This document shows, piece by piece, positions 1 to 12,840 of a stretch of DNA of 64,000 bases. Origin of the DNA: Macrostomum lignano. Its lineage: Eukaryota. Made by a program: the position numbers and the translations under genes. Under the pieces are notes generated by a model that was given only the letters and a program-made list of their open reading frames with translations, made no database searches and was not told the origin of the DNA. The number at the start of each line of letters is the position of its first letter. Position 1 is the stretch's first letter. Where the stretch lies: positions 549,147 to 613,146 of the forward strand of contig NIVC01001022.1 in NCBI GenBank assembly GCA_002269645.1, given 5' to 3'.

Positions 1-1017
1 AGCTGTCAGGAGGATGTCAGAGTAGCTGTCAGGAAGGTGTCAGAGTAGCTGTCAGGAGGGTGTCAGAGTAGCTGTCAGGAGGGTGTTAGAGTAGCTGTCA
101 GGAGGGTGTCAGAGTAGCTGTCAGGAGGGTGTCAGAGTAGCTGTCAGGAGGATGTCAGAGTAGCTGTCAGGAGGGTGTCGGAGTAGCTGTCAGGAGGGTG
201 TCAGAGTAGCTGTCAGGAGGGTGTCAGAGTAGCTGTCAGGAGGGTGTCGGAGTAGCTGTCAGGAGGGTGTCAGAGTAGCTGACAGGAGGGTGTCAGAGTA
301 GCTGTCAGGAGGGTGTCAGAGTAGCTGTCAGGAGGGTGTCAGAGTAGCTGTCAGGAGGGTGTCAGAGTAGCTGTCAGGAGGGTGTCGGAGTAGCTGTCAG
401 GAGGGTGTCAGAGTAGCTGTCAGGAGGGTGTCGGAGTAGCTGTCAGGAGGGTGTCAGAGTAGCTGTCAGGAGGGTGTCAGAGTAGCTGTCAGGAGGGTGT
501 CAGAGTAGCTGTCAGGAGGGTGTTAGAGTAGCTGTCAGGAGGGTGTCGGAGTAGCTGTCAGGAGGGTGTCAGAGTAGCTGTCAAGAGGATGTCAGAGTAG
601 CTGTCAAGAGGATGTCAGAGTAGCTGTAAGAAGGATGTCAGAGTAGCTGTCAGGAGGGTGTCAGAGTAGCTGTCAGGAGGGTGTCAGAGTAGCTGTCAGG
701 AGGATGTCAAAGTAGCTGTCAAGAGGATGTCAGAGTAGCTGTCAAGAGGATGTCAGAGTAGCTGTAAGAAGGATGTCAGAGTAGCTGTCAGGAGGGTGTC
801 AGAGTAGCTGTCAGGAGGGTATCAGAGTAGCTGTCAGGAGGATGTCAGAGTAGCTGTCAGGAGGGTGTCAGAGTAGCTGTCAGGAGGATGTCAGAGTGGC
901 TGTCAGGAGGATGTCAGAGTAGCTGTCAGGAGGGTGTCAGAGTAGCTGTCAGGAGGATGTCAGAGTGGCTGTCAGGAGGGTGTCAGACTAGCTGTCAGGA
1001 GGGTGTCAGAGTAGCCG
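1..1017. repeat. 23-bp minisatellite (AGCTGTCAGGAGGGTGTCAGAGT)n, truncated by the window edge
   Basis: Unit read directly from the sequence. A variant block (CAAGAGGATG...TAAGAAGG) recurs at 582 and 720, a spacing of 138 bp = 6 units. Confidence 0.97.
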
Positions 1018-1948
1018 TCCATAAAATTTCGAATGTCTGTCAGGTTCCTAATCAAATTGCCACAATCTTTGTCGAATAATAAATAGCCTGAAAATAATTC
1101 TAGTCACTAATTGCCGTTACACCTAATCAATCAGTTGAGTATTTTTGGCTTCACTCCAGACTGACCTGCAAAATTGAGCAGATTTGTCCGCGACCTCGCA
1201 TAAATTTTGCTCAGTCCGCAGTTGAAGCGAGAGCTCAATAAAGTCTGATATGTTTTTCTGGCCTGCCCATTTTCAGCCTAAAAAATGTGAAAATAAAAAA
1301 ATTCGCGAAAGACCTCTCGACACTCTCAGATGCAAATGCTACGCGGGAAGAAACGTCTCAATAGAAAGTGGAGACGGAGGAAGAGGCAAGCAGGAGAGGC
1401 GATTCGAAATTTCTTTGCTTTGCTCGGTTGTTTTAGGCTGGCTGGGTTGGTGGGGCCGAAGGGGAGGAAGGAAGGAATTAATTAAATCAGGTGCACAGGC
1501 GTGACAAATCCTGACTCAAAACACGCCAGAGCCATACAGCTCAGGCTTTCCCTCTCTCTCTTTTCACTTCAACCCTCAAGGCCCTGTCCCGGGTGTTAAG
1601 TTGAGTTTGAGTTGCCCAGCGCCCTATCCGAGTAGCCGCATGGCTTTTTTAGCAAGGCTGAATACTCGCCAGGGGTCGAGGCTGGATGTGAGGCGGAGCT
1701 GCAACTCGAGCTCGCCAGAGACCTCACGCTGGCCCTGAAGTGGACTGAAAATTAATGTACAGCACGAACTTCTGCTTCTAAGCCAAGCTTCGAAGCCGCT
1801 CTGGAGGGTACTCGGGGGCTGTTCAGAGTCGCCGGAATATGCCGGACCTCCCACTGCTTAATTAGCAAAGTCACGCAGAACAAACACGGCCTTTCAGCTG
1901 TATGGGTGTTAATAATTACCACTCATTCCGGTTCCTGCCCCTCCCTGT

Positions 1949-4782
1949 CTACCGGCCCGGCTGTCTCACCTGCTTAATGTCGTCTCCGTGTTGTTGCTGC
2001 TGCTGCTGCTGCAACGACATCATTGTCAGCGGGGAGCCCGGCCGCGACCAGGCGTAATAATCCTGCTGGTGCCGCTTCAAGGAGCCGTGAGGCGGCTGAT
2101 GCTGATGCTGCAACAGGTGCTGCAGCTGGTGCTGGCACTGGTGCTGCTGCTGGTGCAGCAGTCGGGCATCGTAGGGCGGCACGGGGCTCTCCCGGTGGTA
2201 GCCATGGAAATCCTCAGCGTTAGCGCGCATCTTCAAGCGCGCCTCGGCCAGATCGGAAGCGCCTGCCTCGGCGACACCAGCGCCAAGGTCGTCCGGACTG
2301 TCTGCCCGGCCGCGCACGTAGCAAATCGCCACGATGAGGCCAACAGCGATGACCACCGTGCCGGCGATGATGAGAATCAGGATGATGAGGCCGCTGATGC
2401 CGGCCGAGGCGAAGTGAGCCTCAGGCGGAGCTGTCAGTCGCACGTAGAATGTGGTCTCGCTGCTCAGTCGCACACGGCTGCCTTGGTCGGTCACCTGCAC
2501 GGTGAGATAGTACAGCCCGGGCGTTGGGGGAGCCTCCTCGGGCCGCCACACCGAGTGAATCTCGCCGCTCTGCCTGTCGATGTCGAAGAGGGAGCTGGCA
2601 TTGGACGCCAGCAGGCGGTAGTCGACTGTACGATTCTCTCCAGCGTCTTTGTCCTCAGCCTCGACAGTTATCAGAAGGGTCTTGCGGGGTACGTTTGTGT
2701 AGAAGACATTGCCGATGCCTAGTAGTGCTCCAGGTCGTGGCTTAACCACCGTTGGTGGACAGTCGTTGACGTCGCCGATGTTGACTGTCAGCACAGCCGT
2801 TGAGCTTCTCCTTCGCAATCCCATGTCCCAGGCGGTTAGCGCCACGGGCATGCTTGACCAAGTCTCCCTGTCGATTGGCTTTCTGACCGTCAGGGTGCCG
2901 TTGCGATGCAGGCTGAAGTACTCGTTGACTGGGCGATGCTCTTCGCTGCTGCTCAGATCGAAATCGACCGTGCCATTCTCGCCTAAATCCGGGTCGGCGA
3001 AAGACACTTGAGCTACCGGGTGCCTGGCGGGCTGTTTTCCTGGACGCTGGCAATCAAGGGACCGGTGTAGTAGGGGTCATTGTCATTGACGTCGAGAAGC
3101 TCAATGACAACTGTCGCTGTGTCCGACAGGTTGCCTCGGTCTCTAGCTATGACGTTGAAGCGCAGGTTTTTTGCGGTCTCACGGTCCAATGGCACTTTGA
3201 CTTTGATGCTGCCTTCGCTATCGATAGTGAAGTTGCGCTGCCCGATCTCGTCAAGCAAGTATTCGATTTCGCCGTAGAAGCCTTTATCGCGATCGGTTGC
3301 GCTCACCTTTAACGCTTGCCTGTTCACTGAAAGGTCTTCATCCACCTGCTTGAAGTAGCTTTTTGAGATGAATTTCGGTGGGTCATCGTTCGTCTCACGA
3401 ATCGGTATGATGAACGACTGTCGCGTGGTCCTTACTGGCGATGCATTGTCCAGACACTTAATATCCACCTTTTCCTCCTGGGCTACCTCATAGTCGAAGG
3501 TGGTGGTGCTGTACATGTTGTAGGTTGCTTGCTCCACAGTGTCAGTGGGACTGGATATTGTGTTCCTTTCCAACTTAAACTTGGGATTTGACTCAAGCAT
3601 GCACTGCACCTTGCCGATAGACACAGCATCTGCATCAGTTACCTGGATGGCCTTGACCAGAACCTCCGGCGGACGATGTTCATCAAGTTGATAGTTCGCC
3701 AGCTCTTTAATCACCGGCTCATTGTCGTTGATATCAGTGACGCTGATGCTGACTGTACACGTCGATGATTGTGGAGGACTGCCTTGATCGCGAGCCTCAA
3801 TAAACACCTTGGCAGTTCGCTGCTGGGGCACCTCGTAGTCCAAGCTCTGATTAAGAAAGAGGCCCCAGAAACCGTTTTCAATCCGAACATCGAAAAAGCT
3901 GTTTAAGGTCGGCGGATCCACCGCAGCGATGCGGTAGATGACTTTCGCGTTCCGCCCTGCATCCTTGTCACTAGCGGTCAGCGGACTGATCGGGTCGTTG
4001 TTGACTCTTCTGTTCTCGGGGAATTCTGACTTAACAAACGTTCCCTGGTCAAAAATTGGAGGATTGTCGTTGACGTCGCCTACTCGAACTGTGATGACCA
4101 CGGAACCCTCGTGCTCGCCGTCATTGGCTCGCAGTGTTACCTGGTACTGCGGCTCGGTCTCTCTGTCTAGGGGGCGCAGCAGTTTTATATGCGGAACACC
4201 GGATTTTAGCACCACAGCAAAAGTACCAGTCGGGTCAGTGAGATTGTACGCCTTGACTGAGAAAGCTGGGGAATCTTTGTCTACTGCTGCAGGCAGTTTG
4301 ACATTGTCCGAGCCAACCACAGCGTCTTCTCGAATGTCGATTGGCCCAGAGTTAGGGAAGCTTGGCGCCTCGTCGTTCTCATCAATGAGCACAAGCTGGA
4401 AGGTGAGCGTTCGTGCTGAGTCGGCTGGACGTACCGTCACTGAGGCGATGAACTCCATCCGGCACTCGAGGCTGCCGCAGCAGTCTAGCTTTGAGCAGAT
4501 CTCGTCCCTATCGATGTCTCGATTAGCGGAAATGGTGCCCAACCGGTCAACCACGAAGAATCCTTCGAGCTGAGTCTGGTACGGGCGCAGGCTGACTCGA
4601 TAATAGCCGCTCGGATCTCCAGCAGGTGGCGGCGGGAAGTCCCGGCTCAGCGCGGTCAAGCTGGCCACTTTGCTGTTGAAGTTGATGTTGTCAGACAGTC
4701 TCGTCTCTGAGGCGACTGCGAAACGCAGACTTGCTACGAAGATAAAAGCGCCAACCAGATGAAGCATTCTCAGCCCTTTCAT
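1949..4782 (-). CDS. Protocadherin-like protein (signal peptide, 7 cadherin repeats, TM, Q/H-rich tail; about 944 aa if joined), interrupted by a 1-nt frameshift at ~3016
   Basis: ORF 3013-4782 has a signal peptide and EC1-5 with DRE/DxND(N)xP/AxDxD Ca-binding motifs. ORF 1949-3007 continues with EC6-7, TM GLIILILIIAGTVVIAVGLIVAICYV and a cytoplasmic tail. Adding one G at the junction (ACC CGG [G]TA GCT CAA GTG) gives ...ENSPPGTRVAQVSFADPD, a normal cadherin repeat start. Confidence 0.92.
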
Positions 4783-6195
4783 CTGGCGCTTCTGGTTTTG
4801 AGATTAGTTAGCCGTTCGAGTTTCAACTAAATCCCATGCGAATCATCCTCGGTCGGTGGGATGTTTGAGTAAAATTTTCGACGTCCAACTGAGGAAACTT
4901 TCAAGCCACCGAGCGCGTGTTTTGTATTTCGAGTTTCGTTGATGCCACGCAATGGCTTCAGAGTAGAAGAAAGATGAGAGTTCTGTGAGGAAGGCAGAGG
5001 GCTGCATCGAAGTTTTACTAACTAAAGGAGAGACGAGCCTCCTGCCAATGCGATTCGTTCATTCGCTTTCGTGGACTGCTATTGGTCCAGGCAATGAGCT
5101 GCCCTGTCAGACCTTAGAGTAGCTTGCTGTGTTCCTATTGAAACTGAAGGCTTGTTTTCTTTTCTTCCTCACGCACACACACATACAAACACACTCCACC
5201 CCACTCAGGGTGGGCGGAGATCGGGCGTCATACTCGTTGGTTGTGCGCCCCCCCCCCCCCCGTGAAGATAGATGAAGTGTCACGATGACACACAGTTAGT
5301 TGATGTGGCTGATCAACCACCTCTCATTTACTCTTGCAATTGAATAACGGGTTGCAGAGAGCTGCTATAAGTAGGAGATACAATTTAGATGGGTTTTTAG
5401 ACACGATTTAAAGGTTCAATTCCCACAGTTTTTTTTCACAAAACCCTCTGCTTTGTAGTTGCCAGTCTGTATAAATCGCCCCTGGCGCCGTTGGAGAGGG
5501 GGGAGTTTTTGTTCCACCGGACTAAACTAAAAACTGGGCAGCAAATTAATATTTCATCGAATGGATGGGGGAGCTGGTCAAGGTGTGCAAGCAGTGGGCA
5601 GGTGGCAGTTGGACTCCTCCCACTTATATTGAATGGTATAGGCCCTCTAAACAGAGCGTGCTAATGTAAAGTGGCGTTTTGTTGTTCCAATCCCCTGAGA
5701 CCATGCAGGTCTCTGGCGCAAACTGAAAGCTGTGCACGCCTCCAGCTGTCTCCGACTCAAGCCGGTCCATGCAGTCTTGTCATCACCATCGATGAGCGCA
5801 GATGAACGGCCCACGTTCCGTCAGGCTCTTGGGAAGGGTGGCAAGCGTCTCACGCAGGAATACAAGTAAAAGTTGCCTTTCCCTTTCTCTCTGTGTGTTT
5901 ATGATGTGGCGTATGGCCCTCCGCGTCCAGCTTCCCATTTTGTCCAATCTGCAGTCCCATAACCAGCTTCCTTCTTGCGCACACAAACTCCTTGCAAAGT
6001 CGTTTGAGCGGCTCAAAGCTGACCACCTGTCAATCATTTTATCACTCAATCTTCCTATGCTTATATCCCCCCCAGTGCAGTCGCATTGTCTGCAGCATTG
6101 CAGCAAAGTGGCGCCTGGAAATTCAAGTGAAAAGCGACGGATTGGAGCTTTTTGGAAGCCAAGAAAAATAAAGTCTTGTGGTCTTGTAATATTCG

Positions 6196-7406
6196 CAGGG
6201 GCGTCGCCACCGGAGGGGACAAAAGAGACATGCTAATGCATTTGCCCCCCCCCACACCATGTGACGCGTTGTGGAAATCAATAATTTTGCTTCATGGCGC
6301 CAAATCGAGTGCCTGCGGCGCTAAAATGAGTGCCTGCGGCGCCAAAATGAGTGCCTGCGGCGCTACAATGAGTGCCTGCGACGCCAAAATGAGTGCCTGC
6401 GGCGTCAAAATGAGTGCCTGTGGCGCCAAAATGAGTGCCTGCAGCGCCAAAATGAGTGCCTGCGGCGCTACAATGAGTGCCTGCGACGCCAAAATGAGTG
6501 CCTGCGGCGTCAAAATGAGTGCCTGTGGCGCCAAAATAAGTGCCTGCGGCGCCAAAATGAGTGCCTGCGGCGCCAAAAAAAGTGCCTGCGGCGCCAAAAT
6601 GAGTGCCTGCGGCGTCAAAATGAGTGCCTGTGGCGCCAAAATAAGTGCCTGCGGCGCCAAATGAGTGCCTGCGGCGCCAAAATGAGTGCCTGCGGCGCCA
6701 AATGAGTGTCTGCGGCGCCAAATGAGTGTCTGCGGTGCCAAAATAAGTGCCTGCGGCGCCAAAATGAGTGCCTGCGGCGTTAGAATGAATGCCTGTGGCG
6801 CTAAAATGAGTGCCTGCGGCGCCAAAATGAGTGCCTGCGGCGCCAAAATGAGTGCCTGCGGCGTTAGAATGAATGCCTGTGGCGCTAAAATGAGTGCCTG
6901 CGGCGCCAAAATGAGTGCCTGCGGCGCCAAAATGAGTGCCTGCGGCGCCAAAATAACTGCCTGCGGCGCCAAAATAACTGCCTGCGGCGCCAAAACGAGC
7001 CCCTGACTGCGGCGCCAAAATGAGTGTATGCGGCGCCAAAATGAGTGCCTGCGGCGCTACAATGAGTACCTGTGGCGCCAAAATAAGTGCCTGCGGCGCC
7101 AAAATGAGTGCCTGCGGCGCCAAAATAAGTGCCTGCGGCACTACAATGAGTGCCTGCGGCGCCAAAATGAGTGCCTGCGGCGCCAAAATGAGGTTCTGCT
7201 TGCGGCGCCAAAATGAGTGCCTGGCTGCGGCGCCACAATGACTATCAGGGCTAAAATGAGTGCCTGCGGCGCCAAACGAGTGTCTGCGGTGCCAAAATGA
7301 GTGTCTGCGGCCCAAAATGAGTGCCTGCGGCGCCAAAATGAAGACCTGCGGCGAAAAAGACTGCTTTGCTCCCGCACCATAAAATCTCATTTCCATGACG
7401 CCCCTG
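6196..7406 (+). mobile_element. Non-autonomous hAT-type element (MITE), copy A, with internal 21-bp minisatellite
   Basis: Terminal inverted repeats CAGGGGCGTC (6196) and GACGCCCCTG (7397-7406). The 8-bp flanks AATATTCG / AATATCCA match at 6 of 8 (decayed TSD). Subterminal sequences match the copies at 45200 and 54982. Confidence 0.8.
6295..7350. repeat. 21-bp minisatellite (GGCGCCAAAATGAGTGCCTGC)n inside MITE copy A
   Basis: Unit read directly. It explains the KMSACGA/APQALIL ORFs in the track. Confidence 0.97.
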
Positions 7407-7992
7407 AATATCCACATTCAACACAGTTCCCTAAATCCTTATCTCTTTAGTCTATCTAGACCCTGGAGCCACCGTAATGTCTCTCATTACTTCCTTCATT
7501 AATATCTTCACTTTCCATGTAAAAATAAACCTTATTAGCATTATTCGCGCGCGTACGCAATGCGCCTATTGATGGAACTCGATCCCATTCGTTGGTACCG
7601 GAGCATGAAGGGGGATCGAGTCCGGAGTTCCCCAGGGGGAGTCTCCTTGGCTCCTTAGGAACCATTACGTAATCGGAGGGGGCGGGACAAGAAAAACTCT
7701 GGCTTATTCGGGCAGTTTACACTGCACTGTGCCTGCTTAGCTTGTTTGATTAAGAATGAATGCTTAGGGCACAGCGTCTTTAAGCTAGGCATGTGGGCTC
7801 CAGGTCCTGATATTTTATGTCAGTCAATTAATCGTTATTTTCATTATTAAGGGATTCATTAATTCCTAGTCGCTTCGAAGAAATCGATAGGTCCAAACAA
7901 TCGAATTCGAGGTTGAACTCAGATCTGACACAGCAACGGAGTCAGTGGTGAGCGCAGCAGTTTTCATTTTGGCTTCGTCTACGGTCTTGGTG

Positions 7993-8523
7993 AGCGGTGA
8001 CAAGGGAGGGGCGCGCCAATATTTGATGTCTTTCTTGGTGAGCGCCTCTGTCTCTTGGTGGGCGCCCCTGTCTCTGGTGGGCGTCCCTGTCTCTTGATGA
8101 GTGCCCCTGTCTCTTGTTGGGCGCCCCTGTCTCTTGGTGGGCGCCGTTGTCTCTTGGTGGGCGCCGTTGTCTCTTGGTGAGTGGGCGTCCCTGTCTCTTG
8201 GTGGGCGCCCCTGTCTCTTGGTGGGCGCCGTTGTCTCTTGGTGGGCGCCCCTTTCTCTTGGTAGGCGCCCCTGTCTCTTGGTGGGCACCCCTGTCTCTTG
8301 GTGAGTGGGCGTCCCTGTCTCTTGGTGGGTGGGCGCCCCTGTCTCTTGGTGGGTGGGCGCCCCTGTCTCTTGGTGGGTGGGCGCCCCTGTCTCTTGGTGG
8401 GTGGGCGCCCCTGTCTCTTGGTGGGCGCCCCTGTCTCTTGGTGAGTGGGCGCCCCTGTTTCTGTCTCTAAGGCCGATGGACGCCACATCCAAGAGGTGGC
8501 AAAAGTTGAGCTTGGTCACCGCT
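7993..8523. repeat. 20/24-bp minisatellite (GGGCGCCCCTGTCTCTTGGT[GGGT])n bracketed by an imperfect inverted repeat
   Basis: Units at 8045-8460. AGCGGTGAC (7993) and GTCACCGCT (8515-8523) are reverse complements. No TSD found, so MITE status is uncertain. Confidence 0.85.
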
Positions 8524-8994
8524 TTCATTTAGTTTTGAGAGACGTGCAATTTTTGTGTAGAACCTTGAGGGGGGCCGTTCGCCGCCAGACCGATTCCAGT
8601 CTGAACACAATTAGACAACAAATCTACCTTTTCCTGTAGCAGCCCATTCACCTACCTGTCTTAAACTGCCATACATAATAAACTGGACGAATTCTTCCTT
8701 CATTTTTCATAGTCGGGATTTTTTTCTTGCCTAGCGGTGTGATTTTGTCTTGGCACGAGTCGACAATTTGAGCGATGCGAAGGGTAGAAGAAAAAGAAGA
8801 AGAAGAACAGGTGAAAATTGCTGCACCGATTCTTCCCTAGACGAGACTAATGGCAATTGATCGGGTTCAGGGCTCCATTAGCGGGGCTTCGCGCTTTCTG
8901 ACTTCCTTTTTAGGAGGCCCCGGGAGCTAATTTTGGATAGTTCAGTCATTATTTATCGCTGCATCCGCTTGTTGCAGACAGCCGCCCCGAAATT

Positions 8995-10540
8995 TACTGT
9001 CTGTTCACTCTCTTATCAGTCTGTTCACTCTCTTATCAGTCTGTTCACTCTCTTATCAATCTGTTCACTCTCTTATCAGTCTGTTCACTCTCTTATCAGT
9101 CTGTTCACTCTCTTATCAATGTGTTCACTCTCTTATCAATCTGTTCACTCTCTTATCAGTCTGTTCACTCTCTTATCAATCTGTTCACTCTCTTATCAGT
9201 CTGTTCACTCTCTTATCAGTCTGTTCACTCTCTTATCAGTCTGTTCACTCTCTTATCAATCTGTTCACTCTCTTATCAGTCTGTTCACTCTCTTATCAGT
9301 CTGTTCACTCTCTTATCAATCTGTTCACTCTCTTATCAGTCTGTTTAATCTCTTATCAGTCTGTTCACTCTCTTATCAGTCTGTTTAATCTCTTATCAGT
9401 CTGTTTAATCTCTTATCAATCTGTTCACTCTCTTATCAGTCTGTTCACTCTCTTATCAATCTGTTCACTCTCTTATCAATCTGTTCACTCTCTTATCAAT
9501 CTGTTCACTCTCTTATCACTCTGTTCACTTTCTTATCAACCTTGTCACTCTCTTATCAGTCTGTTCACTCTCTTATCAGTCTGTTCACTCTCTTATCAAT
9601 CTGTTCACTCTCTTATCAATCTGTTCACTCTCTTATCAATCTGTTCACTCTTTTATCAATTTGGTCACTCTCTTATCAGTCTGTTCACTCTCTTATCAAT
9701 CTGGTCACTCTCTTATCACTCTGTTCACTCTCTTATCAGTCTGTTCACTCTCTTATCAATCTGGTCACTCTCTTATCAGTCTGTTCACTCTCTTATCAGT
9801 CTGTTCACTCTCTTATCGATCTGTTCACTCTCTTATCAGTCTGTTTACTCTCTTATCAATCTGTTCACTCTCTTATCAGTCTGTTCACTCTCTTATCAAT
9901 CTGTTCACTCTCTTATCAGTCTGTTCACTCTCTTATCAATCTGTTCACTCTCTTATCAATCTGTTCACTCTCTTATCAATCTGTTCACTCTCTTATCACT
10001 CTGTTCACTTTCTTATCAACCTTGTCACTCTCTTATCAGTCTGTTCACTCTCTTATCAGTCTGTTCACTCTCTTATCAATCTGTTCACTCTCTTATCAAT
10101 CTGTTCACTCTCTTATCAATCTGTTCACTCTTTTATCAATTTGGTCACTCTCTTATCAGTCTGTTCACTCTCTTATCAATCTGGTCACTCTCTTATCAGT
10201 CTGTTCACTCTCTTATCAGTCTGTTCACTCTCTTATCAATCTGGTCACTCTCTTATCAGTCTGTTCACTCTCTTATCAGTGTGTTCACTCTCTTATCAAT
10301 CTGTTCACTCTCTTATCAGTCTGTTTACTCTCTTATCAATCTGTTCACTCTCTTATCAGTCTGTTCACTCTCTTATCAGTCTGTTCACTCTCTTATCAAT
10401 CTGTTCACTCTCTTATCAATCTGTTCACTCTCTTATCAATCTGTTCACTCTCTTATCACTCTGTTCACTCTCTTATCACTCTGTTCACTCTCTTATCGCT
10501 CTGTTCACTCTTTCATCATTCTGTTCACTCTCTTATCTAT
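8995..10540. repeat. 20-bp minisatellite (CTGTTCACTCTCTTATCA[G/A]T)n with a 480-bp higher-order duplication
   Basis: Unit read directly. Diagnostic variants recur at 9521/10001 and 9651/10131. Confidence 0.97.
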
Positions 10541-11009
10541 TTTCTGTTTAGATGTTTTCCTTCCATCCAATTCATTATGACAGTCTAAGCCTCAGTGGAA
10601 TTTCTGCTTCCAAAAAAGAATCGGGCACATTCCGAGCCACAAGAGGACTCAGATTCAAGGCCCATATATGTATAGAGAATGAGCCAGTGCTGCAAATTGA
10701 ATTGAGTAGGGGCACAGAGAGATGGAGCTCTCTGCCTTGCCTCACCACCTTCTTAGCTCTCAGCTTCACTCAGCTGCATTCTGCAAGTCCCCTTTCAAAC
10801 TGATCAGACCGACAGAGAGAAGCAGAGGGTCAATGCAATTTGACAAATCTTCTTCAAGAGCAGAGAGAGCAACTGTGGCGTGCTGAGAGTGAATTACTTT
10901 ATCCAATGCGAAATGCCATCGGATTTCTGACTTTCCCCAGCTTTTTTCTCAGAGCTGTTGCCAGGAGCTCATTGGAGAAGTTGCCTCTGAATCTAAGATA
11001 ATCATGATA

Positions 11010-11620
11010 GTCATCGAATACATTATTGCTGATTGTGATAGTCATCATCCCATTGATGATAGCTGATGATGATAGTCATCATCCCATAGATGATTGTCAT
11101 CATCCCCTAGATGATAGTCATCATCCCCTAGATGATAGTCATCATCCCATAGATGATTGTAGATAATGATAAGTGATAGTCATCATCCCATAGATGATAG
11201 TCATCATCCCATAGATGATAGTCATCATCCCATAGATGATAGTCATCATCCCATAGATGATAGTCATCATCCCATAGATGATAGTCATCATCCCATTGAT
11301 GATAGTCATCATCCCATAGATGATAGTCATCATCCCATAGATGATTGTAGATAATGATAAGTGATAGTCATCATCCCCTAGATGATAGTCATCATCCCAT
11401 TGATGATAGTCATCATCCCATAGATGATAGTCATCATCCCATAGATGATAGTCATCATCCCATAGATGATAGTCATCATCCCATTGATGATAGTCATCAT
11501 CCCATTGATGATAGTCATCATCCCATAGATGATAGTCATCATCCCATAGATGATAGTCATCATCCCATAGATGATAGTCATCATCCCATAGATGATAGTC
11601 ATCATCCCATAGATGATTGC
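11010..11620. repeat. 21-bp minisatellite (GATGATAGTCATCATCCCATA)n
   Basis: Unit read directly. It contains the internal inverted repeat GATGA-tag-TCATC. Confidence 0.96.
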
Positions 11621-12545
11621 GAGATCAAGGGGCGCCAGTACTAGCTGATGGCTTCATTAGTGGCTGAAAAAGGAGTTGTTGGTGCTCCAGATTCTGGTTT
11701 AAGTTCACCTTGGCTAAGCGGCTCATGAACCCACATATATCTCATCTGTCTCGTGGCGCCGTCTACTCAGTGTTTATCTCTGTTGGTGGGCCCCGCGCCA
11801 AAGTGACATGTGGGGAATGCCCCTGACAACAAAGCGATCGATATATAAGTTTGTATAATTATACATTTATGTGCACATGTAATGCAATAATTGTTTAATA
11901 GATTTAGCTAGGGAACCTCTTGGACCACTCTTGGAACAAAAGCAGTCTGAATCTATCAAAAAAGATATTTTCCTATGTTTGCTGGTCGGTGAGTCCTTCC
12001 ATACACTACTCAAACCCCGCCTCAATCTTGTTCAAGTGGTCCGACAATTTTGTGTACAAACAAGTTGAAGGGGTCCTCTGTAGCACATCAGAGCCAGACC
12101 ACTCATACATATCTTCCATTACAGACCCTGGTTTCGCCTTTGTGTTAGTTTCGAGTGCAGTAATTAGAGGCTTGCATTGCAAGTTATGACAGGACTGTTA
12201 AAAATGCACAGTTTAGCCAAAGAGAGGCCAAAGCCACTCTGCATGCTTTTCGAGTTGAAAATCTCTTCTATACTAGCATGGACGAATGTCAATCTAGCAA
12301 GCGATACATTGTTTTCCTCTCTGCTTTTTTGCGACGCCTTCTCAAGAAGGCAATTAGTCTCGAGTCTCTGGTCTACACCTACTGTCTACTTCCTAAACTA
12401 AGGATTTGGCTAATAGCTTCATCAACTCAATGGGTTTGCTTTGTTAGTTAGTGCGTGGCATTAAGCCAACACAACACAATCTGAATCAAGCTCGAAGTTT
12501 AATGTTTGCCGACTATTTAAAAAAACAAATAATAATAATCATCAT

Positions 12546-12840
12546 TGAGTACACCTGCCCCAGTGGACAGATGTACAACCGACAGCTCAGCCGCAGCTAT
12601 TGCGCGGTGCATCTGAAGACTGCGTACGGCTGTTCAGTCCAAGGACTGGGGGGTCGCCACACATACCCTCAATTACCCCAGCTAATGCTGGCACCCATTT
12701 TACCGCTGGGTGAACTGCAGCAATGCAGAGTTAAGTGTCTTGCTCAAGGACACAAATTTTTCCGAGTGGGTCGTCGAGAATCGAACCCCCGACCTTTCAG
12801 TCCTGAGTCCGACGCTCTAACCTATTAGGCTACAACGGTC
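12546..12840 (-). mobile_element. tRNA-derived SINE with CORE-like central domain, copy 1
   Basis: The minus strand shows an A-box-like head (TAGCCTAATAGGTTAGAGC), a B box (GGTTCGATTC) and GTGTCCTTGAGCAAGACACTTAACTCTGCATTGC...GTAAAATGGG, which resembles the MIR/CORE domain. Homologous to 20442, 43826 and 51727. Confidence 0.85.

Noticed and set aside
1988-2722. 244-aa + strand ORF
   Set aside because: It is the antisense shadow of the GC-rich protocadherin CDS; the poly-Leu mirrors poly-Gln.
3010-3022. Programmed -1 ribosomal frameshift in the protocadherin
   Set aside because: No X-XXY-YYZ heptamer at the junction. A single-base consensus error or mutation is simpler.
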